From: Verrucomicrobiota bacterium
GTDB taxonomy: Bacteria > Verrucomicrobiota > Verrucomicrobiia > Limisphaerales > UBA8199
Direction: 5' to 3'
NCBI GenBank assembly: GCA_039806935.1
Contig: JBDHQH010000006.1
Location: forward strand, 1-63,553
Length of the DNA: 63,553 nt
Shown here piece after piece: positions 41,670 to 53,653 of this stretch (position 1 is its first letter; each line of letters starts with the position of its first letter). The position numbers and the translations under genes are program-made. The notes below the pieces were generated by a model. It was not told where the DNA came from, searched no databases, and was given only the letters and a program-made list of their open reading frames with translations.

Positions 41670-44459
41670 CTAAAGTCCGCTGGTGAAGAAATACTCTCCG
41701 GGGGCCAACTCGGCCTTTTCGCCGTGCGCGGCGCCCCTGTTCATTCCCGTTTTGCGCGATCCCGGCGGGGGCTTTTCGGTGACCTTCCCGCCCGCGGGAA
41801 AATAGACCGTGGCGGTGGTATTGGGCGGCACGATAAAGTGATAGTTGATTTGTCCCTCGCGGATGCTCCAATCGCTCTGGATGCGCCCATAAGGCGAATC
41901 GAAATGACTCTCGACCGATCGCAGCGGAGCGTTTTTCCAAACGCCAGGACGAAGGACAAACTTCTGGTAACCCTGCCCGTCGGCGCCGGGGCGGATGCCG
42001 CCCAGGCCCTCGATAAACCAGGCACCGATATGCAGGTAGGAGCTGTGGGACAGAGAGAGCGTGCCTTCCCAGTCCTCCCAGATGGTGGTGGCGCCCCGCT
42101 TCAGCATGTCGCCCCAACCCGGGTAATCCGTTTTGCTCGCCATGGCATAGACCAAGTCCGGACGATTGGAATCAATGAGTTGGCGAATCACGAACGAGCC
42201 GCCGGTGATTCCGCCCCAGAAGTGGCCCCCGCGGTTGACGAGGATTTCATCCTCCAAACGTTTTTCCACGCGCGCGCGCTCCGCGGCGGGCGGAATGTCG
42301 CTCACCAGCGCGATGGCGAGATAGGCCTGGAAGCCGTTGACGTAGCTGGCATCCGCCGCGTGGTAGAACTCCCGGTGAATCGCCGCGCGAACCGCCTCGG
42401 CCCGGGCCCGCCATTTCCGCTCCAGTTCGGGATGTCCCGCCGCTTGGGCGAGACGGGCCGCATTTCTCAGATTCCACACCCAAAAGCAGTTATTAAAAAA
42501 GAGGGTTTCACGGGTATCGCCGTTGACGCCTTCCGCGCCGGGCCAGAGCCAGTCGCCAAGGAAATCCCATTGTCCTCCATATCGGCGCAGCAAATTGTCC
42601 GCCGTTTTGGATTCCAAAAACCCCAACCAGGCCTCGATGGTCGGAAGCATCTCCCGGGCGGCGCGGACATCACCCAGGCGCTGCCACATTTCCCATGGCA
42701 AAGTCACACAATAGCCGCTCCAGCCGGGGCCGCCTCCGCCCCAGTAGGTGGGCGCGGTATAGGGCAAATTGCCGGGTTCGACCTTCTTGCCCGAGCCCGG
42801 CTCGTCGCCGGTTTTGCCAACTCCCCAGGAGGCGCTTTTTCCCTGCACATCGCGCCAATCCTGCCCCCACTTGTAGTAGAGCGCAGCCGTTTGGAAATTG
42901 TCCAGGCTGGTTCCGGTGGTGGCGTGGGCGTCGCCGCCATAGCCCATGCGCTCGCGTTGCGCGCAATCGACCACGTATCCGCCCAGGCTAAGGTTTTCGT
43001 AGGTCCAGAGCGTCGTGTCATAAATACGATTCAGCAGATCATCCGAGCAGCGGAACGAAGCTGCCGGTTGATAATCGGTGCGAATCAGCCAGCCTTTGAC
43101 GCTATCCAGATCAGGCTTCTCCGCCAGGCCTTCGATCTGGATCCAGCGGCCAACGCCGTAGTTGAAACGGTTGCGAAACAGCCCCTGCCCGGAGGAACCG
43201 ATGATATACTCACTCCGCAAAGCGTGCGTGATTTCCTGGTCGGGACGTTCGGACCATTTGATCTGGACGCGGTCGCCAGGCTTCCCTTTTACAGGGATTT
43301 GGATCCAGCCGGTGAAGACCCGGCCCATGTCGATTCGCCACACCCCAGGGCGACGTTCCTCAAGACCGACGGGCCGCAATTCCTTGACGAGCTTGTCCGC
43401 CTGCACATTTTGCGCGGAAAGGGCAAGCGCGGGCTGAAAGATCTTCACCGGTTTCCACGGTTCGCCCGCCACCTCTCCCGCCGCGCACCATTGCGGGTCT
43501 TCGAGGCGGGCGTCGTAACGCTCGCCGCCAAAGTGACGAAAATCCCAAAGCCCCAACAACGTGTTCGGACTCGGGCGCCAGCGCCAGGTGCCGTCGGTGC
43601 CCCAACGCACGGACTTGCCGTTCGGGAACTCCACCACCGCCAATCCGATCACGATCGGGCTGGCCGGCTTGTCGGGAGTTTGATAGGGTGGAAAAATCGA
43701 CCACGAGGCGCCCAACCAGAGTCCGATCACGTTTTTTCCCGGCTTGAGGATGGATCCAAGATCATAGGCCACATAACGCGCTCGCTTCGTGTGATCGCTC
43801 ACGCAGGGGCCAAGTACTCCATCTCCGATTTTCTCCCCGTTCACATAAAGCTCATGATAGCCGACGGAAGCGACGTACATCATGGCCCGCGAGGGCGGCT
43901 CCGACAGCTCAAATTCCTTCCGCAGCCATGGATCGGGAATCGGGTTGGCCGCGCCAGCCGACCCTGGCTTTCGTTCAAAGACAAGATCAGAGCCAATCCA
44001 TTGCGCTTGCCAATCCGACGTCTCCAGCAAGCCCATCGACCAAGTGTTCGCGTCGCTCCAGCCAGATCCCTTTCCGCGCTCATCCCTGACCCGCACCTTC
44101 CACCAGCAGCCCTGCCCGGAGCGCAAGGGCTTCCCCTGGTACTCCACCTGTTGCGACTGACCAGATTTTACCCAACCGCTGTCCCAAAGGTCACCTCGAT
44201 CTTCCGCCAGCAATTCCGAACGGGAGGCGGCCAGAATCTGGAATGCCGTCTGCCGCTGTCCGCGCTCGAGCGGTTCCGTGGCGGCCAGTTTCCACGCCAG
44301 ACGAGGAACGCGGGCATCAATGCCGTCGGGATTTTTCAGGTATTCGCACGAGAGATCGACCACCCGAACCGAACAGGGCGAGGCGGCTGACGCGCGCAAC
44401 TCCGCCAGCCCAAGCGAACAACCGATCAGGGCGGCCAACAACCACGAGGACATTTTCAT
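41670..44459 (-). CDS. Glycoside hydrolase family 78 (alpha-L-rhamnosidase-like), secreted
   Basis: Signal peptide; [49 protein letters not shown]...GATTIWE, SPYGRI. Confidence 0.9.
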   Translation of the reverse strand: MKMSSWLLAALIGCSLGLAELRASAASPCSVRVVDLSCEYLKNPDGIDARVPRLAWKLAATEPLERGQRQTAFQILAASRSELLAEDRGDLWDSGWVKSGQSQQVEYQGKPLRSGQGCWWKVRVRDERGKGSGWSDANTWSMGLLETSDWQAQWIGSDLVFERKPGSAGAANPIPDPWLRKEFELSEPPSRAMMYVASVGYHELYVNGEKIGDGVLGPCVSDHTKRARYVAYDLGSILKPGKNVIGLWLGASWSIFPPYQTPDKPASPIVIGLAVVEFPNGKSVRWGTDGTWRWRPSPNTLLGLWDFRHFGGERYDARLEDPQWCAAGEVAGEPWKPVKIFQPALALSAQNVQADKLVKELRPVGLEERRPGVWRIDMGRVFTGWIQIPVKGKPGDRVQIKWSERPDQEITHALRSEYIIGSSGQGLFRNRFNYGVGRWIQIEGLAEKPDLDSVKGWLIRTDYQPAASFRCSDDLLNRIYDTTLWTYENLSLGGYVVDCAQRERMGYGGDAHATTGTSLDNFQTAALYYKWGQDWRDVQGKSASWGVGKTGDEPGSGKKVEPGNLPYTAPTYWGGGGPGWSGYCVTLPWEMWQRLGDVRAAREMLPTIEAWLGFLESKTADNLLRRYGGQWDFLGDWLWPGAEGVNGDTRETLFFNNCFWVWNLRNAARLAQAAGHPELERKWRARAEAVRAAIHREFYHAADASYVNGFQAYLAIALVSDIPPAAERARVEKRLEDEILVNRGGHFWGGITGGSFVIRQLIDSNRPDLVYAMASKTDYPGWGDMLKRGATTIWEDWEGTLSLSHSSYLHIGAWFIEGLGGIRPGADGQGYQKFVLRPGVWKNAPLRSVESHFDSPYGRIQSDWSIREGQINYHFIVPPNTTATVYFPAGGKVTEKPPPGSRKTGMNRGAAHGEKAELAPGEYFFTSGL

Positions 44460-44502
44460 CTCGCGGGCAGGATAACACGAAGAGGTGTCTCTTAAAGACA
44501 AA

Positions 44503-45609
44503 TTAATGCGTGACCGACGCCGGCTCGAGATTGTCCAGCACCCGTTCCAGGAGCGCGGAAGGGACCTTGCAGCCGGGCTGGGCGGAGCCGATACTTTTGG
44601 CCAGCACGAATTTGATTTCTCCGCCGCTGACCTTTTTGTCCAGTTTCATGGCGTCGAGGAGGCGCCGCCTCGCTGTTCGGCCCAGCGCCACTGTGGTGGG
44701 GAGGCCCGCGCGGAAGAAGAGGTCCCGCACTCGGTTGACGTCTCCTTTGGAAAAGCCCAGCAGGTCTGATGAAAGTTGGGCCGCGGCCACCTGGCCAATC
44801 GAGATGGCCTCGCCATGCAAGTAGCGGCCGTAGTGCGAAATGGCTTCGAGCCCATGGCCAATAGTGTGGCCAAAGTTGAGGATGGCCCGCAACCCGCTCT
44901 CGGTCTCATCCTGGCGGACCACCTCGGCTTTGATCGCGCAACAGCGGGCCACCACCGCGCCGAGAAAGTCGCTGTCTCGGCGAAGCAACCGCGGCAAGCC
45001 GCGCTCCAACTGGCGAAAGAATGAGGCGTCGGAAATAATCCCGTACTTGACGACTTCCGCGAGGCCGGAACGATACTCGCGCTCGGGCAGCGTAGCCATT
45101 AAGTCCAGATCGCACAAGACGAGCCTTGGTTGATGGAACGCGCCGACCAGATTTTTTCCCCGCTTGAGATTGACTCCCACCTTGCCGCCGACGGAACTAT
45201 CGACCTGCGCCAGGAGGGTGGTGGGCACTTGCACAAAGGAAACGCCGCGCAGGAACGTGGCTGCCACAAAACCAGCCAGATCGCCCACCACCCCGCCCCC
45301 CAGAGCGACCAGGAAGGATTTTCGCTCCAGGCGATGGCTGGCAAGCTGGTCGTAACAGGTCGAAACAGTTCGGATGGTTTTCGATTGTTCGCCCGCTCGC
45401 ACGGCGATGACCACCGGTTCAAAACCGGCCGTTTCGAGTGATTTCCGGGCGGCGGCGGAAAAAAGCGGTCCCACATTGGAATCGGTCACAATCGCGCAAC
45501 GACGGCCCAGTTTGAGACGCGCGCATTCGCGTCCCAACCGGGCGAGGAAGCCGCCGCCGATTTTGATGTCGTAACCGCGGGAACCGAGTGATACGCGGAC
45601 GTCAGGCAC
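44503..45609 (-). CDS. aroB: 3-dehydroquinate synthase
   Basis: GEQSK, LGGGVVGDLAGF, PTTLLAQVDSSVGGK, KNLVGAFHQP, LNFGHTIGH, HGEA, DKK; start uncertain (GTG 45609). Confidence 0.95.
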   Translation of the reverse strand: MPDVRVSLGSRGYDIKIGGGFLARLGRECARLKLGRRCAIVTDSNVGPLFSAAARKSLETAGFEPVVIAVRAGEQSKTIRTVSTCYDQLASHRLERKSFLVALGGGVVGDLAGFVAATFLRGVSFVQVPTTLLAQVDSSVGGKVGVNLKRGKNLVGAFHQPRLVLCDLDLMATLPEREYRSGLAEVVKYGIISDASFFRQLERGLPRLLRRDSDFLGAVVARCCAIKAEVVRQDETESGLRAILNFGHTIGHGLEAISHYGRYLHGEAISIGQVAAAQLSSDLLGFSKGDVNRVRDLFFRAGLPTTVALGRTARRRLLDAMKLDKKVSGGEIKFVLAKSIGSAQPGCKVPSALLERVLDNLEPASVTH

Positions 45610-45721
45610 GCGCCAAAGGATACGGGTTTTGCCCCGCCTGTAAAGCGGCCGGGATTTGCCTCCGGCGGTTCCACCCGTTTGCAATTGGCAGAAGGCGGCT
45701 TTCGTGATTCATTGAGCGTTC

Positions 45722-47176
45722 ATGGGCATGGATGAGAGCAATTCACTGATCGAGCAGCGGAAAGCCAAATTGGCAGCGTTGCGGGCCAAAGGCATCGATC
45801 CGTTTCAAAACAAGTTTTCCCCGACGGAAAGCTGCGCGGCGGCCAGCGCTCGGTACGCCGAAGGCCGGGAGGTGGCGATTGCCGGCCGGATCACGGCGCA
45901 TCGGGACATGGGCAAGAGCATGTTCATCGATGTGCGCGATCAAAGCGGGCGTTTGCAGGTGTACACCCAAAAAAATACCCTCGGAGAGGAACTCTTCGAT
46001 CAGTTCCGGCATTTGGATTTGGGAGATTTCATTGGCGTTCGGGGGACGTTGTTCACCACCAGGACCGGCGAAATTTCCGTGAAACTGGCTTCCTTCGCGC
46101 TTCTGGCCAAGGCACTGCGGCCGCCGCCGGAAAAATGGCACGGGCTCGCGGACACAGAAGTTCGCTACCGCCAGCGTTATCTGGACCTGATGGCTAACCC
46201 GGAGATTCGCGAGGTGTTTCTCAAACGCAGCCAAATCGTGCGCGAGATTCGTAATTTTTTACATCAGCGCGGGTATGTCGAGGTGGAAACCCCGATGATG
46301 CAGGCCATCCCGGGAGGCGCGGCGGCGCAGCCGTTCATCACTCATCACAACGCGCTGGGCTGTAATTTCCATCTGCGCATCGCCCTGGAGTTGTATTTGA
46401 AGCGGCTGCTGGTGGGCGGAATGGAAAAGGTATTTGAGCTGGGCCGCAACTTTCGCAACGAGGGATTATCGCGACGCCATAATCCGGAATTCACGATGCT
46501 CGAGGCGTATGAGGCGTATGGGGATTACGAGACCATGATGGAGTTGGTGCAATCCATGGTCTGCCACGTGGCCCAAACCGTCCTGGGCACCTTGCGGATC
46601 GAGCATAAGGACGCCGCTGGAAAAGTGACCAGGACCATCGATCTGACCCCCCCTTGGCGGCGGATCCGGTACAAGGACATCGTCCGGGAGCGGGCCGGCG
46701 CCGATTGGTTTGCGATTTCCCCCGGCGAACGCCGGGATAGAGCCGTCAGGCTGGGCGCCGAAATCGGCGGGAACTACGAGGACTTCGAGGTGACCCAGGC
46801 GGTGTTTGAAAAATGGATCGAGCCAACCCTGATCGACCCCGTCTTTGTCACCCACGCGCTCCGGCAAATGATTCCACTGGCGAAGCTCTCCCCGGAGGAT
46901 CCCGATACGGTGGAGGTCTTCGAGTGCTGCATCAACGGCCAGGAAATCGCGCCCGCCTACAGTGAGCAGAACGATCCGCTCGAGCAGCGCGAACGACTCG
47001 AGCATCAGGCTGGCGGCGAGCAACAAAAACTGGATGAGGATTTTCTGACCGCGCTGGAGCACGGCATGCCGCCGGCAGGCGGGATGGGGATGGGCATCGA
47101 CCGCCTCTGCATGATGCTCCTGGGCCAGGAAAGCATCCGGGATGTCATCCTGTTCCCGCAGTTGAAACCCAAATAA
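45722..47176 (+). CDS. lysS: Lysine--tRNA ligase (class II)
   Basis: RYRQRYLDL, VETPMM, GGAAAQPFITHHN, FRNEG...HNPEFTMLE, GMPPAGGMGMGIDRL. Confidence 0.97.
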   Translation: MGMDESNSLIEQRKAKLAALRAKGIDPFQNKFSPTESCAAASARYAEGREVAIAGRITAHRDMGKSMFIDVRDQSGRLQVYTQKNTLGEELFDQFRHLDLGDFIGVRGTLFTTRTGEISVKLASFALLAKALRPPPEKWHGLADTEVRYRQRYLDLMANPEIREVFLKRSQIVREIRNFLHQRGYVEVETPMMQAIPGGAAAQPFITHHNALGCNFHLRIALELYLKRLLVGGMEKVFELGRNFRNEGLSRRHNPEFTMLEAYEAYGDYETMMELVQSMVCHVAQTVLGTLRIEHKDAAGKVTRTIDLTPPWRRIRYKDIVRERAGADWFAISPGERRDRAVRLGAEIGGNYEDFEVTQAVFEKWIEPTLIDPVFVTHALRQMIPLAKLSPEDPDTVEVFECCINGQEIAPAYSEQNDPLEQRERLEHQAGGEQQKLDEDFLTALEHGMPPAGGMGMGIDRLCMMLLGQESIRDVILFPQLKPK

Positions 47177-47188
47177 TCCCGGTCGCAA

Positions 47189-48994
47189 ATGCCTGCTTTT
47201 ATGTCCTCCGAGCCAGCCGAAAACCGCCCCTCCGACTTCATCCGCGACATCGTCGCCGCGGACGTGGCCGCGGGGAAGCACCCGCGCATCCACACCCGAT
47301 TTCCGCCCGAGCCGAACGGCTACCTGCATATCGGGCACGCCAAATCCATTTGCTTGAATTTCGGAATTGCCCGGGAATTTGGCGGCATCTGCAACCTGCG
47401 CATGGATGACACCAATCCGGCCAAGGAAGAGGTGGAGTATGTGGATTCCATCACCGCGGACGTGCGCTGGCTGATCAGCGCCTGGGCGGATGACCAACTC
47501 GCGCTAAAGCGCAAAGGCGAGCTCCCGGAAGCGACGCCGGGCCAGGGCGGCATGGACTTCTTCATGCCGCCCTTGGTGAACCCCGATCTCGCCAAAACCG
47601 AAGCCGAGCCATTCTATGCCAGCGATTATTTTGACCAGCTCTATGAATACGCCACGCGTTTGATCCGCAAGGGGGTCGCGTATGTATGCGATTTATCTCC
47701 CGAGGACACGGACGCTTTTCGCGGCGCCCCGGATCGTCCAGGCAAGGAGAGTCCGTTCCGGAGCCGGAGCGTGGGGGAGAGCCTGGATTTGTTCGCGCGG
47801 ATGAAGGCGGGCGAATTTCGGGATGGCCAGCGAACATTGAAGGCGAGGTTGGACATGGCTTCGCCCAACATCTGGCTCCGCGACCCGGTGCTCTACCGGA
47901 TCCGGCACGCGGATCATCACCACACCGGGAACCGCTGGTGCATCTACCCGATGTATGACTTCGCTCATTGCCTGAGCGATTATCTCGAGGGAATTACGCA
48001 CTCCATTTGCACGCTGGAATTCGAGGTGCATCGCCCGCTGTATGACTGGATCCTCGAACAACTGGAACTGCCGCGTCCCCTGCCCCGCCAATACGAGTTT
48101 GCGCGCTTGAGCCTGGGCTACACGATCATGAGCAAACGCAAGCTCATGCAATTGGTGAACGAAGGCCGGGTCTCCGGCTGGGACGACCCCCGCCTGCCGA
48201 CGATCTCCGGGCTCCGCCGGCGGGGGGTGACGCCCGAAGCCCTGCGCAATTTCGCCTATAACATCGGCATCACCAAGTACAACGCCGTGACGGATGTCGC
48301 GGTGTTGGAATTCGCGATTCGCGAGGACCTGAACCGGCGCGCTCAACGGCGGCTAGCGGTGTTGCGGCCCCTCCGCGTCGTGATCACCAATTACCCGGAG
48401 GATCGGGCAGAGGAAGTCGAAGCGGTCAACAATCCGGAGGAACCCGCGGCCGGCACGCGCCGGGTGCCGTTCAGCCGCGAGTTATTCATTGAGCAGGATG
48501 ATTTCATGGAATCACCTCCGCCGAAGTATCACCGATTGCGTCCCGGCAGCGAAGCGCGGCTGAAATACGCTTACATCATCCGATGCGACGAGGTCATCAA
48601 AAACGCGGCGGGCGAAGTGGTTGAACTGCGATGCACCGCGGACCTCGACAGCAAAACCGGAGGCGCCACCGCCGGACGCAAGGTAAAGGGAACGATTCAT
48701 TGGGTAAGCGCGAGACATGCTGTGGAAGCCGAGGCGCGGTTGTATGACCGGTTGTTTAGCGTGGCCGAACCGGATGCGGAAGAGGATTTTAAAAGCCACC
48801 TCAACCCGCATTCGATCGAGGTGATAACCGCAAAGTGCGAGCCGTCGCTGGCGCGCGCCTCGCGTGATGCGCGGTATCAATTTGAGCGTCTGGGCTATTT
48901 TGCCCTGGATCCGGACTCAGTCCCGGGCAAATTGGTGTTTAACCGCACCATCAGCCTGAAAGACGCCTGGGCGAAGTCTTCAAAAAAAGGCTGA
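47189..48994 (+). CDS. glnS: Glutamine--tRNA ligase
   Basis: [67 protein letters not shown]; start may be 47201. Confidence 0.96.
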   Translation: MPAFMSSEPAENRPSDFIRDIVAADVAAGKHPRIHTRFPPEPNGYLHIGHAKSICLNFGIAREFGGICNLRMDDTNPAKEEVEYVDSITADVRWLISAWADDQLALKRKGELPEATPGQGGMDFFMPPLVNPDLAKTEAEPFYASDYFDQLYEYATRLIRKGVAYVCDLSPEDTDAFRGAPDRPGKESPFRSRSVGESLDLFARMKAGEFRDGQRTLKARLDMASPNIWLRDPVLYRIRHADHHHTGNRWCIYPMYDFAHCLSDYLEGITHSICTLEFEVHRPLYDWILEQLELPRPLPRQYEFARLSLGYTIMSKRKLMQLVNEGRVSGWDDPRLPTISGLRRRGVTPEALRNFAYNIGITKYNAVTDVAVLEFAIREDLNRRAQRRLAVLRPLRVVITNYPEDRAEEVEAVNNPEEPAAGTRRVPFSRELFIEQDDFMESPPPKYHRLRPGSEARLKYAYIIRCDEVIKNAAGEVVELRCTADLDSKTGGATAGRKVKGTIHWVSARHAVEAEARLYDRLFSVAEPDAEEDFKSHLNPHSIEVITAKCEPSLARASRDARYQFERLGYFALDPDSVPGKLVFNRTISLKDAWAKSSKKG

Positions 48995-49042
48995 GCCGGC
49001 GGCACGGCCGCGGTTCCGCGGCCATGCCCTGAACGGAGGGGT

Positions 49043-49672
49043 TTACTTCTTCGCGGCGGCGTACAACGAGGCCACCTCGCCCCAGTTCACGACGTTCCAG
49101 AACGCCTTGAGGTACTCGGCGCGTCGATTCTGGTATTTTAGATAGTACGCGTGCTCCCAGACATCGCATCCGAGGATCGGTTTGCCCTCGGCGCCGGCGA
49201 CGGTTTTGCCCATCAAAGGGTTGTCTTGATTGGCGGTGGAGGTGATCTCGAGCTTGCCGTGGTTCACGACCAGCCAAGCCCAACCGCTGCCGAAGCGCCC
49301 CGCTCCGGCCGCTTCAAACTTCTCTTTAAACGCCTCAAAGCTGCCAAAGGTGGATTTGAGGTCGTCGGCCAACGGACCGGCGGGAGTCCCTCCGGCGTGC
49401 GGAGCGAGCAGTTTCCAGAACATCGAGTGGTTGGCATGGCCGCCGCCGTTGTTCCGAACCGCTCCGCGGATCTCCGCCGGGAGCGCATCGATCTGGCTGA
49501 TCAATTGCTCGATGGACTGGTGCTCCCAAACGGGCTTGCCGGCGACGGCCTTGTTGAGATTGGCCACGTAAGCGCCGTGATGTTTATCGTGATGGATTTC
49601 CATCGTCATCGCGTCCAGATATGGTTCGAGCGCATTGTTCGCGTACGGAAGAGGAGGTAGTTCGTATCCCAT
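49043..49672 (-). CDS. sodA: Superoxide dismutase, probably Mn type
   Basis: [40 protein letters not shown]. Confidence 0.9.
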   Translation of the reverse strand: MGYELPPLPYANNALEPYLDAMTMEIHHDKHHGAYVANLNKAVAGKPVWEHQSIEQLISQIDALPAEIRGAVRNNGGGHANHSMFWKLLAPHAGGTPAGPLADDLKSTFGSFEAFKEKFEAAGAGRFGSGWAWLVVNHGKLEITSTANQDNPLMGKTVAGAEGKPILGCDVWEHAYYLKYQNRRAEYLKAFWNVVNWGEVASLYAAAKK

Positions 49673-49774
49673 AAATCGTTTAATCGTGTTGTTTTAGTTA
49701 TCGATCAATCCCTGAGGAACTCCAGGTTGCGTCCCCGTTAACATACCACGATTTGGCCAGAGTCAAGCGGCGGA

Positions 49775-50398
49775 TCAAGCCTTCGCCACGATCCCGACGA
49801 AATTGGCGAGAATGCGCAAGCCGACTCGCTGGCTTTTTTCTGGATGAAATTGTGTGGCGAAAATGTTGCCGCGCCAGACCGAGGAAGCGTAGGTATCCCC
49901 GTAATCCGTTTCCGTCGCGATGAGGCTTGGGTCCTCCGGCCGGGGAAAAAAGCTATGCACAAAATAAACATAGCTGCCGGGGTCGATGCCGTGGTACAGA
50001 GGGCAGCGTGGTTGGCGGATGTGAAGCTGGTTCCAGCCAATCTGCGGCACCTTCAGGCCCTGTCGGGGTGTGAATCGCACCACGCTCCCGGCGAACACGC
50101 CGAGACCCGCCGCGCAACTGTTGAACTCCTCGCTGCGCTGGAAGAGGGCTTGGAAGCCGACGCAAATTCCGAGGAACGGGCGCCCCGAATCAATGAACTG
50201 GCGGCACGCCCCAAGCAATTGCCGCCGTTCAAGAGCATTCAGGCAATCGTCAAACGCGCCCACCCCCGGCAGCACCAGGCCGCGAGCGTCGCCAACCTGG
50301 TCCGGAGTGGCCGCCAGACGCACCCGGGCGCCGACCTGCCGCAGTGCCTGGTGGACGCTGCGCAGATTGCCTGCGCCGTAATCAATTAACGCAATCAC
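49775..50398 (-). CDS. hisH: Imidazole glycerol phosphate synthase glutaminase subunit
   Basis: IDYGAGNLRSV, LPGVGAF, GICVG, VPQIGWN, YFVHSF, QFHPEKS. Confidence 0.95.
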   Translation of the reverse strand: MIALIDYGAGNLRSVHQALRQVGARVRLAATPDQVGDARGLVLPGVGAFDDCLNALERRQLLGACRQFIDSGRPFLGICVGFQALFQRSEEFNSCAAGLGVFAGSVVRFTPRQGLKVPQIGWNQLHIRQPRCPLYHGIDPGSYVYFVHSFFPRPEDPSLIATETDYGDTYASSVWRGNIFATQFHPEKSQRVGLRILANFVGIVAKA

Positions 50399-50503
50399 CT
50401 GCGCAATGTACGAACGCGTCGAACGACTGGCAACGACCGCGCGCGGCCCCGAGCGGATGGGCTTTGACTTAACATTTCCGCCACGCTCCGGTATTTTTCA
50501 GTC

Positions 50504-51916
50504 ATGCAAGCCAGCGCGCGCCGTCTGGGAACCCGGGTCAGAAACTGGCCCCCGTGGCTGATTGTCGCCCTCGGGCTGGGCTACGAGATCCCGCTGTGCG
50601 CGGCGGATCGCGCCCTGCCAGGGGAGCTGAGTTTGACGCTCTTTTATTTGCTGGGCCCGGTGTTTGCGGCCTGGGCGGGCGGCGCCCGGCCGGGCCTGGC
50701 GCTGGCCGGATTGACCGCGTTGCTGGCCTTTACCGCCGATCTGGCACACCTGGGCAACGACCCGGAATTACGCTCGGTTTTAATTTGGAATGGGCTTACG
50801 CGATTGATTTTATTTTGCGCCGCCGTGTGGAGCGTGGCGCGCGCGGCTCAATTTACCCGCACCCTGGGGAAATTAGTGGATGCAGGCACCGCCGAATTAA
50901 AGCGGGAAGTCGAACGGCACAAGCTCACTTGGGAGCGGATCAGCATCCGGGAGGCTTACCTGCGCGCTCTCTTCGACCGCGCGCCAGTGTTGCTCATTTC
51001 GACCAACCCATCCGGAGTAGTGGCCGTGGAGGAAGGTTCCGGTTTCCGGGCGCTGGGGGTCCAGCCGGGTCAGAATCTCGAACGGAGATTGGACGACGCC
51101 TATCACGCCTACCCGGAGCTCCTGGCCAACTTGAAACGCGCGCTGGCCGGCGAGGAGTTCACCGCCATTACCAGCATCGGCTCGCTGGCATTTGACTGCG
51201 CGTTTACCGCTCCTCGCTCGCCGGCGGGAACGCCCAACGGATGCGTCGCGGTGGGCACCAACATCACGGAGCGGCGGCGGCTGGAGCGGGAAATCGTCGA
51301 AATCAGCGACCGCGAGCAGGCGCGAATAGGCCAGGATCTGCATGATGGGCTTTGCCAGCGCCTGGTTAGCCTGGCCTTCGACGCCAGCACGCTGCGGGAA
51401 AACCTGCGCCAACGGGGCGCGCTCGACCCGCGGCGCCTCGCAAACATTGAGGTGAATCTGGATGCGGCGATCACGGAAGCCCGCCAACTCTCGCGGGGTC
51501 TTTTCCCAATTCGCCTGGAGTTCGAGGGCCTGGCGCCGGCCCTTGACGATCTGGCCCGCAACACGCGCACCCGGTTTGGAATCGAATGCGACTTTGACTG
51601 CTCCCACCCGCCAACCATCAAAAACGCCGCGATCGCCACGCACTTGTACCGGATCGCGCAGGAGGCGGTCACGAATGCCATCAAGCACGCTCGCCCGACT
51701 CAAATCACCATCGAACTCGCCGCAACCGCGGGTGCCCTCTGCCTCAGGATTGGCGATAACGGCTGCGGCGCCACACCCGACCCAGACGGTCGGGAGAGCG
51801 GCCTGGGCCTGCATATTATGAAGTACCGCGCGAACGCGATTGGCGCTTCGCTGGCGGTCGATCGCGGAGCTGAAAACGGCACCGTGGTGGCGTGCGTTCT
51901 GCCGCTTTCCTCGTGA
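50504..51916 (+). CDS. Membrane sensor histidine kinase (PAS plus HisKA_3/NarX-type)
   Basis: N-terminal TM helices, PAS-like region, RIGQDLHDGLCQ, YRIAQEAVTNAIKHA, DNGCG, GLGLHIM. Confidence 0.9.
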   Translation: MQASARRLGTRVRNWPPWLIVALGLGYEIPLCAADRALPGELSLTLFYLLGPVFAAWAGGARPGLALAGLTALLAFTADLAHLGNDPELRSVLIWNGLTRLILFCAAVWSVARAAQFTRTLGKLVDAGTAELKREVERHKLTWERISIREAYLRALFDRAPVLLISTNPSGVVAVEEGSGFRALGVQPGQNLERRLDDAYHAYPELLANLKRALAGEEFTAITSIGSLAFDCAFTAPRSPAGTPNGCVAVGTNITERRRLEREIVEISDREQARIGQDLHDGLCQRLVSLAFDASTLRENLRQRGALDPRRLANIEVNLDAAITEARQLSRGLFPIRLEFEGLAPALDDLARNTRTRFGIECDFDCSHPPTIKNAAIATHLYRIAQEAVTNAIKHARPTQITIELAATAGALCLRIGDNGCGATPDPDGRESGLGLHIMKYRANAIGASLAVDRGAENGTVVACVLPLSS

Positions 51917-51965
51917 CTTTGGGCATCGACTGCGGCATCCTCCTCGGCACGAATTGGACAGCATC

Positions 51966-53543
51966 ATGACTAGCCGCATCAAAACTTGCACCGCCACCCC
52001 GATCCGCGCGTCCTTGATTTTTCTTCTCGCGTTGGGATTCGCTCTGGGCGCCACCCCGATCCACGCTCACGCCGCTTCGCGCCACCTTTCGCGCGCCGAG
52101 TTGCTCGACAAAATCAAAGGTGGTTGGGCGGGTCAAATGATCGGCGTGGCTTACGGCGCCCCCACCGAATTCCGCTCCAACGGTCAGATCAATGAGGCTC
52201 CCTTGCCCTGGGCGCCGGACCGTGTCTCCAACGCGATCGAGCAGGATGATTTGTACGTGGAGATGACGTTTGCCAAAGTGATGGACGATCTGGGGATCAA
52301 GGCCACTTGCGAGGATTATGGCGAGGCTTTCAAGACCTCCCAATACCGTCTTTGGCACGCGAACGCGGCCGCGCGCCGGGCCTTGAATCAAGGCGTCAAA
52401 GCCCCTTGGACCGGACATCCAAAATATAACTTTCACGCCAATGACATTGATTTCCAAATCGAGGCGGATTTCATCGGGATCATGTGTCCGGGACTGCCGC
52501 GGCAGGCCAACAAATTTTGCGAGGAGGTCGGACGAGTAATGAACTATGGGGATGGCCTTTACGGCGGCATGTTCATCTGCGGGATGTACTCCGCCGCTTT
52601 TTTTGAGAGCAACCCGCGGAAAATCGTCGAGGCCGGTTTGGCTTGCATCCCGGCGCGAAGCGAATACGCGATGCTGCTTCATGATCTGCTGCAATGGTCC
52701 GCGCAGCATCCGGACGACTGGCGCAAGGTATGGCAAATGATCGAGACAAAATGGGACCGGGATGACGCCTGTCCGGACGGCGCCCTGATGCCCTTCAATA
52801 TCGATGCCAAGTTGAACGGGGCCTACGTCGCCTTCGGCCTGCTCTTTGGCGGCGGAGACTTTGGCAAAACGATGGAAATCTCGACTCGGTGCGGCCAGGA
52901 TTCGGATTGCAACCCTTCGAGCGCCGCCGGCGTGCTGGGCGTGGTCCTCGGATACGACCGCATACCCGATTTATACAAAAGCGGCATCCCCGCGCTGGCC
53001 AACACAAAGTTCGAGTTCACCGATTATTCCTTTAACACCATCGTTCAGTCCACCGAACGCCGCGCGCTGGAGGTCATCCAACTGGCCGGCGGCCGGGTGA
53101 CCGAGACCGAAGTCCGAATCCGCACCCAGAAGCCCAAGCCGGCCAAACTCGAGCAGTGGAGTCCCGGAATCCCTGATCGACGAATTCACGTTAATGAGCC
53201 TGCCTGGCGATGGGAAGGTGGTTGGCAGTTGGAGCGCGGGGCCAAATCGGCGAACACTCCCGGCCACGCCGCGGAATTTGACTTTGACGGAGTGGCAGTC
53301 GCGATTCTGGGCGATCTCGACCAGGCCGGCGGGCGAGCAGAGGTTTTCGTGGACGGCAAACGCGCGGGAACCGCGGACGCCTACATTGTCGAGAACACTC
53401 ACGATAATGTTCTCTGGCATATTTACGGACTCCGGCCCGGGAAGCATACCATCCGGCTGGTGACCCTGGACAGCGCCGATCCGCGATCAAAAGGCAAACG
53501 CGTTTCCTTGCGCCTGGCGGTTACTTACAAGCCGGGAAAATAA
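51966..53543 (+). CDS. Secreted ADP-ribosylglycohydrolase-family protein with C-terminal beta-sandwich domain
   Basis: Signal peptide; DKIKGGWAGQMIG..G.P.E, QDDLY, IDFQIEAD, GQDSDCN. Confidence 0.8.
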   Translation: MTSRIKTCTATPIRASLIFLLALGFALGATPIHAHAASRHLSRAELLDKIKGGWAGQMIGVAYGAPTEFRSNGQINEAPLPWAPDRVSNAIEQDDLYVEMTFAKVMDDLGIKATCEDYGEAFKTSQYRLWHANAAARRALNQGVKAPWTGHPKYNFHANDIDFQIEADFIGIMCPGLPRQANKFCEEVGRVMNYGDGLYGGMFICGMYSAAFFESNPRKIVEAGLACIPARSEYAMLLHDLLQWSAQHPDDWRKVWQMIETKWDRDDACPDGALMPFNIDAKLNGAYVAFGLLFGGGDFGKTMEISTRCGQDSDCNPSSAAGVLGVVLGYDRIPDLYKSGIPALANTKFEFTDYSFNTIVQSTERRALEVIQLAGGRVTETEVRIRTQKPKPAKLEQWSPGIPDRRIHVNEPAWRWEGGWQLERGAKSANTPGHAAEFDFDGVAVAILGDLDQAGGRAEVFVDGKRAGTADAYIVENTHDNVLWHIYGLRPGKHTIRLVTLDSADPRSKGKRVSLRLAVTYKPGK

Positions 53544-53653
53544 CCAGGTGCGGCTCGGTCTGGCGCGAGCGAACGTGGATCTCTCGCGTGAAAAGGCCCG
53601 GCTGGCAGCATTAAGCTTTGCCATGCGCAAGTCGGATAATCTATCTTAAACTT

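Noticed and set aside
41724-44390. 888-aa plus-strand ORF
   Set aside because: Antisense shadow of the GH78 gene; no motifs; expected from high-GC codon bias
53601-53626. TGGCA...TGCCA palindrome before the DegT gene as a third nan operator
   Set aside because: Spacer is 15 rather than 13 and half-sites differ; DegT appears to have its own promoter (TTGCCA-18-TATCTT), so it is not assigned to the regulon
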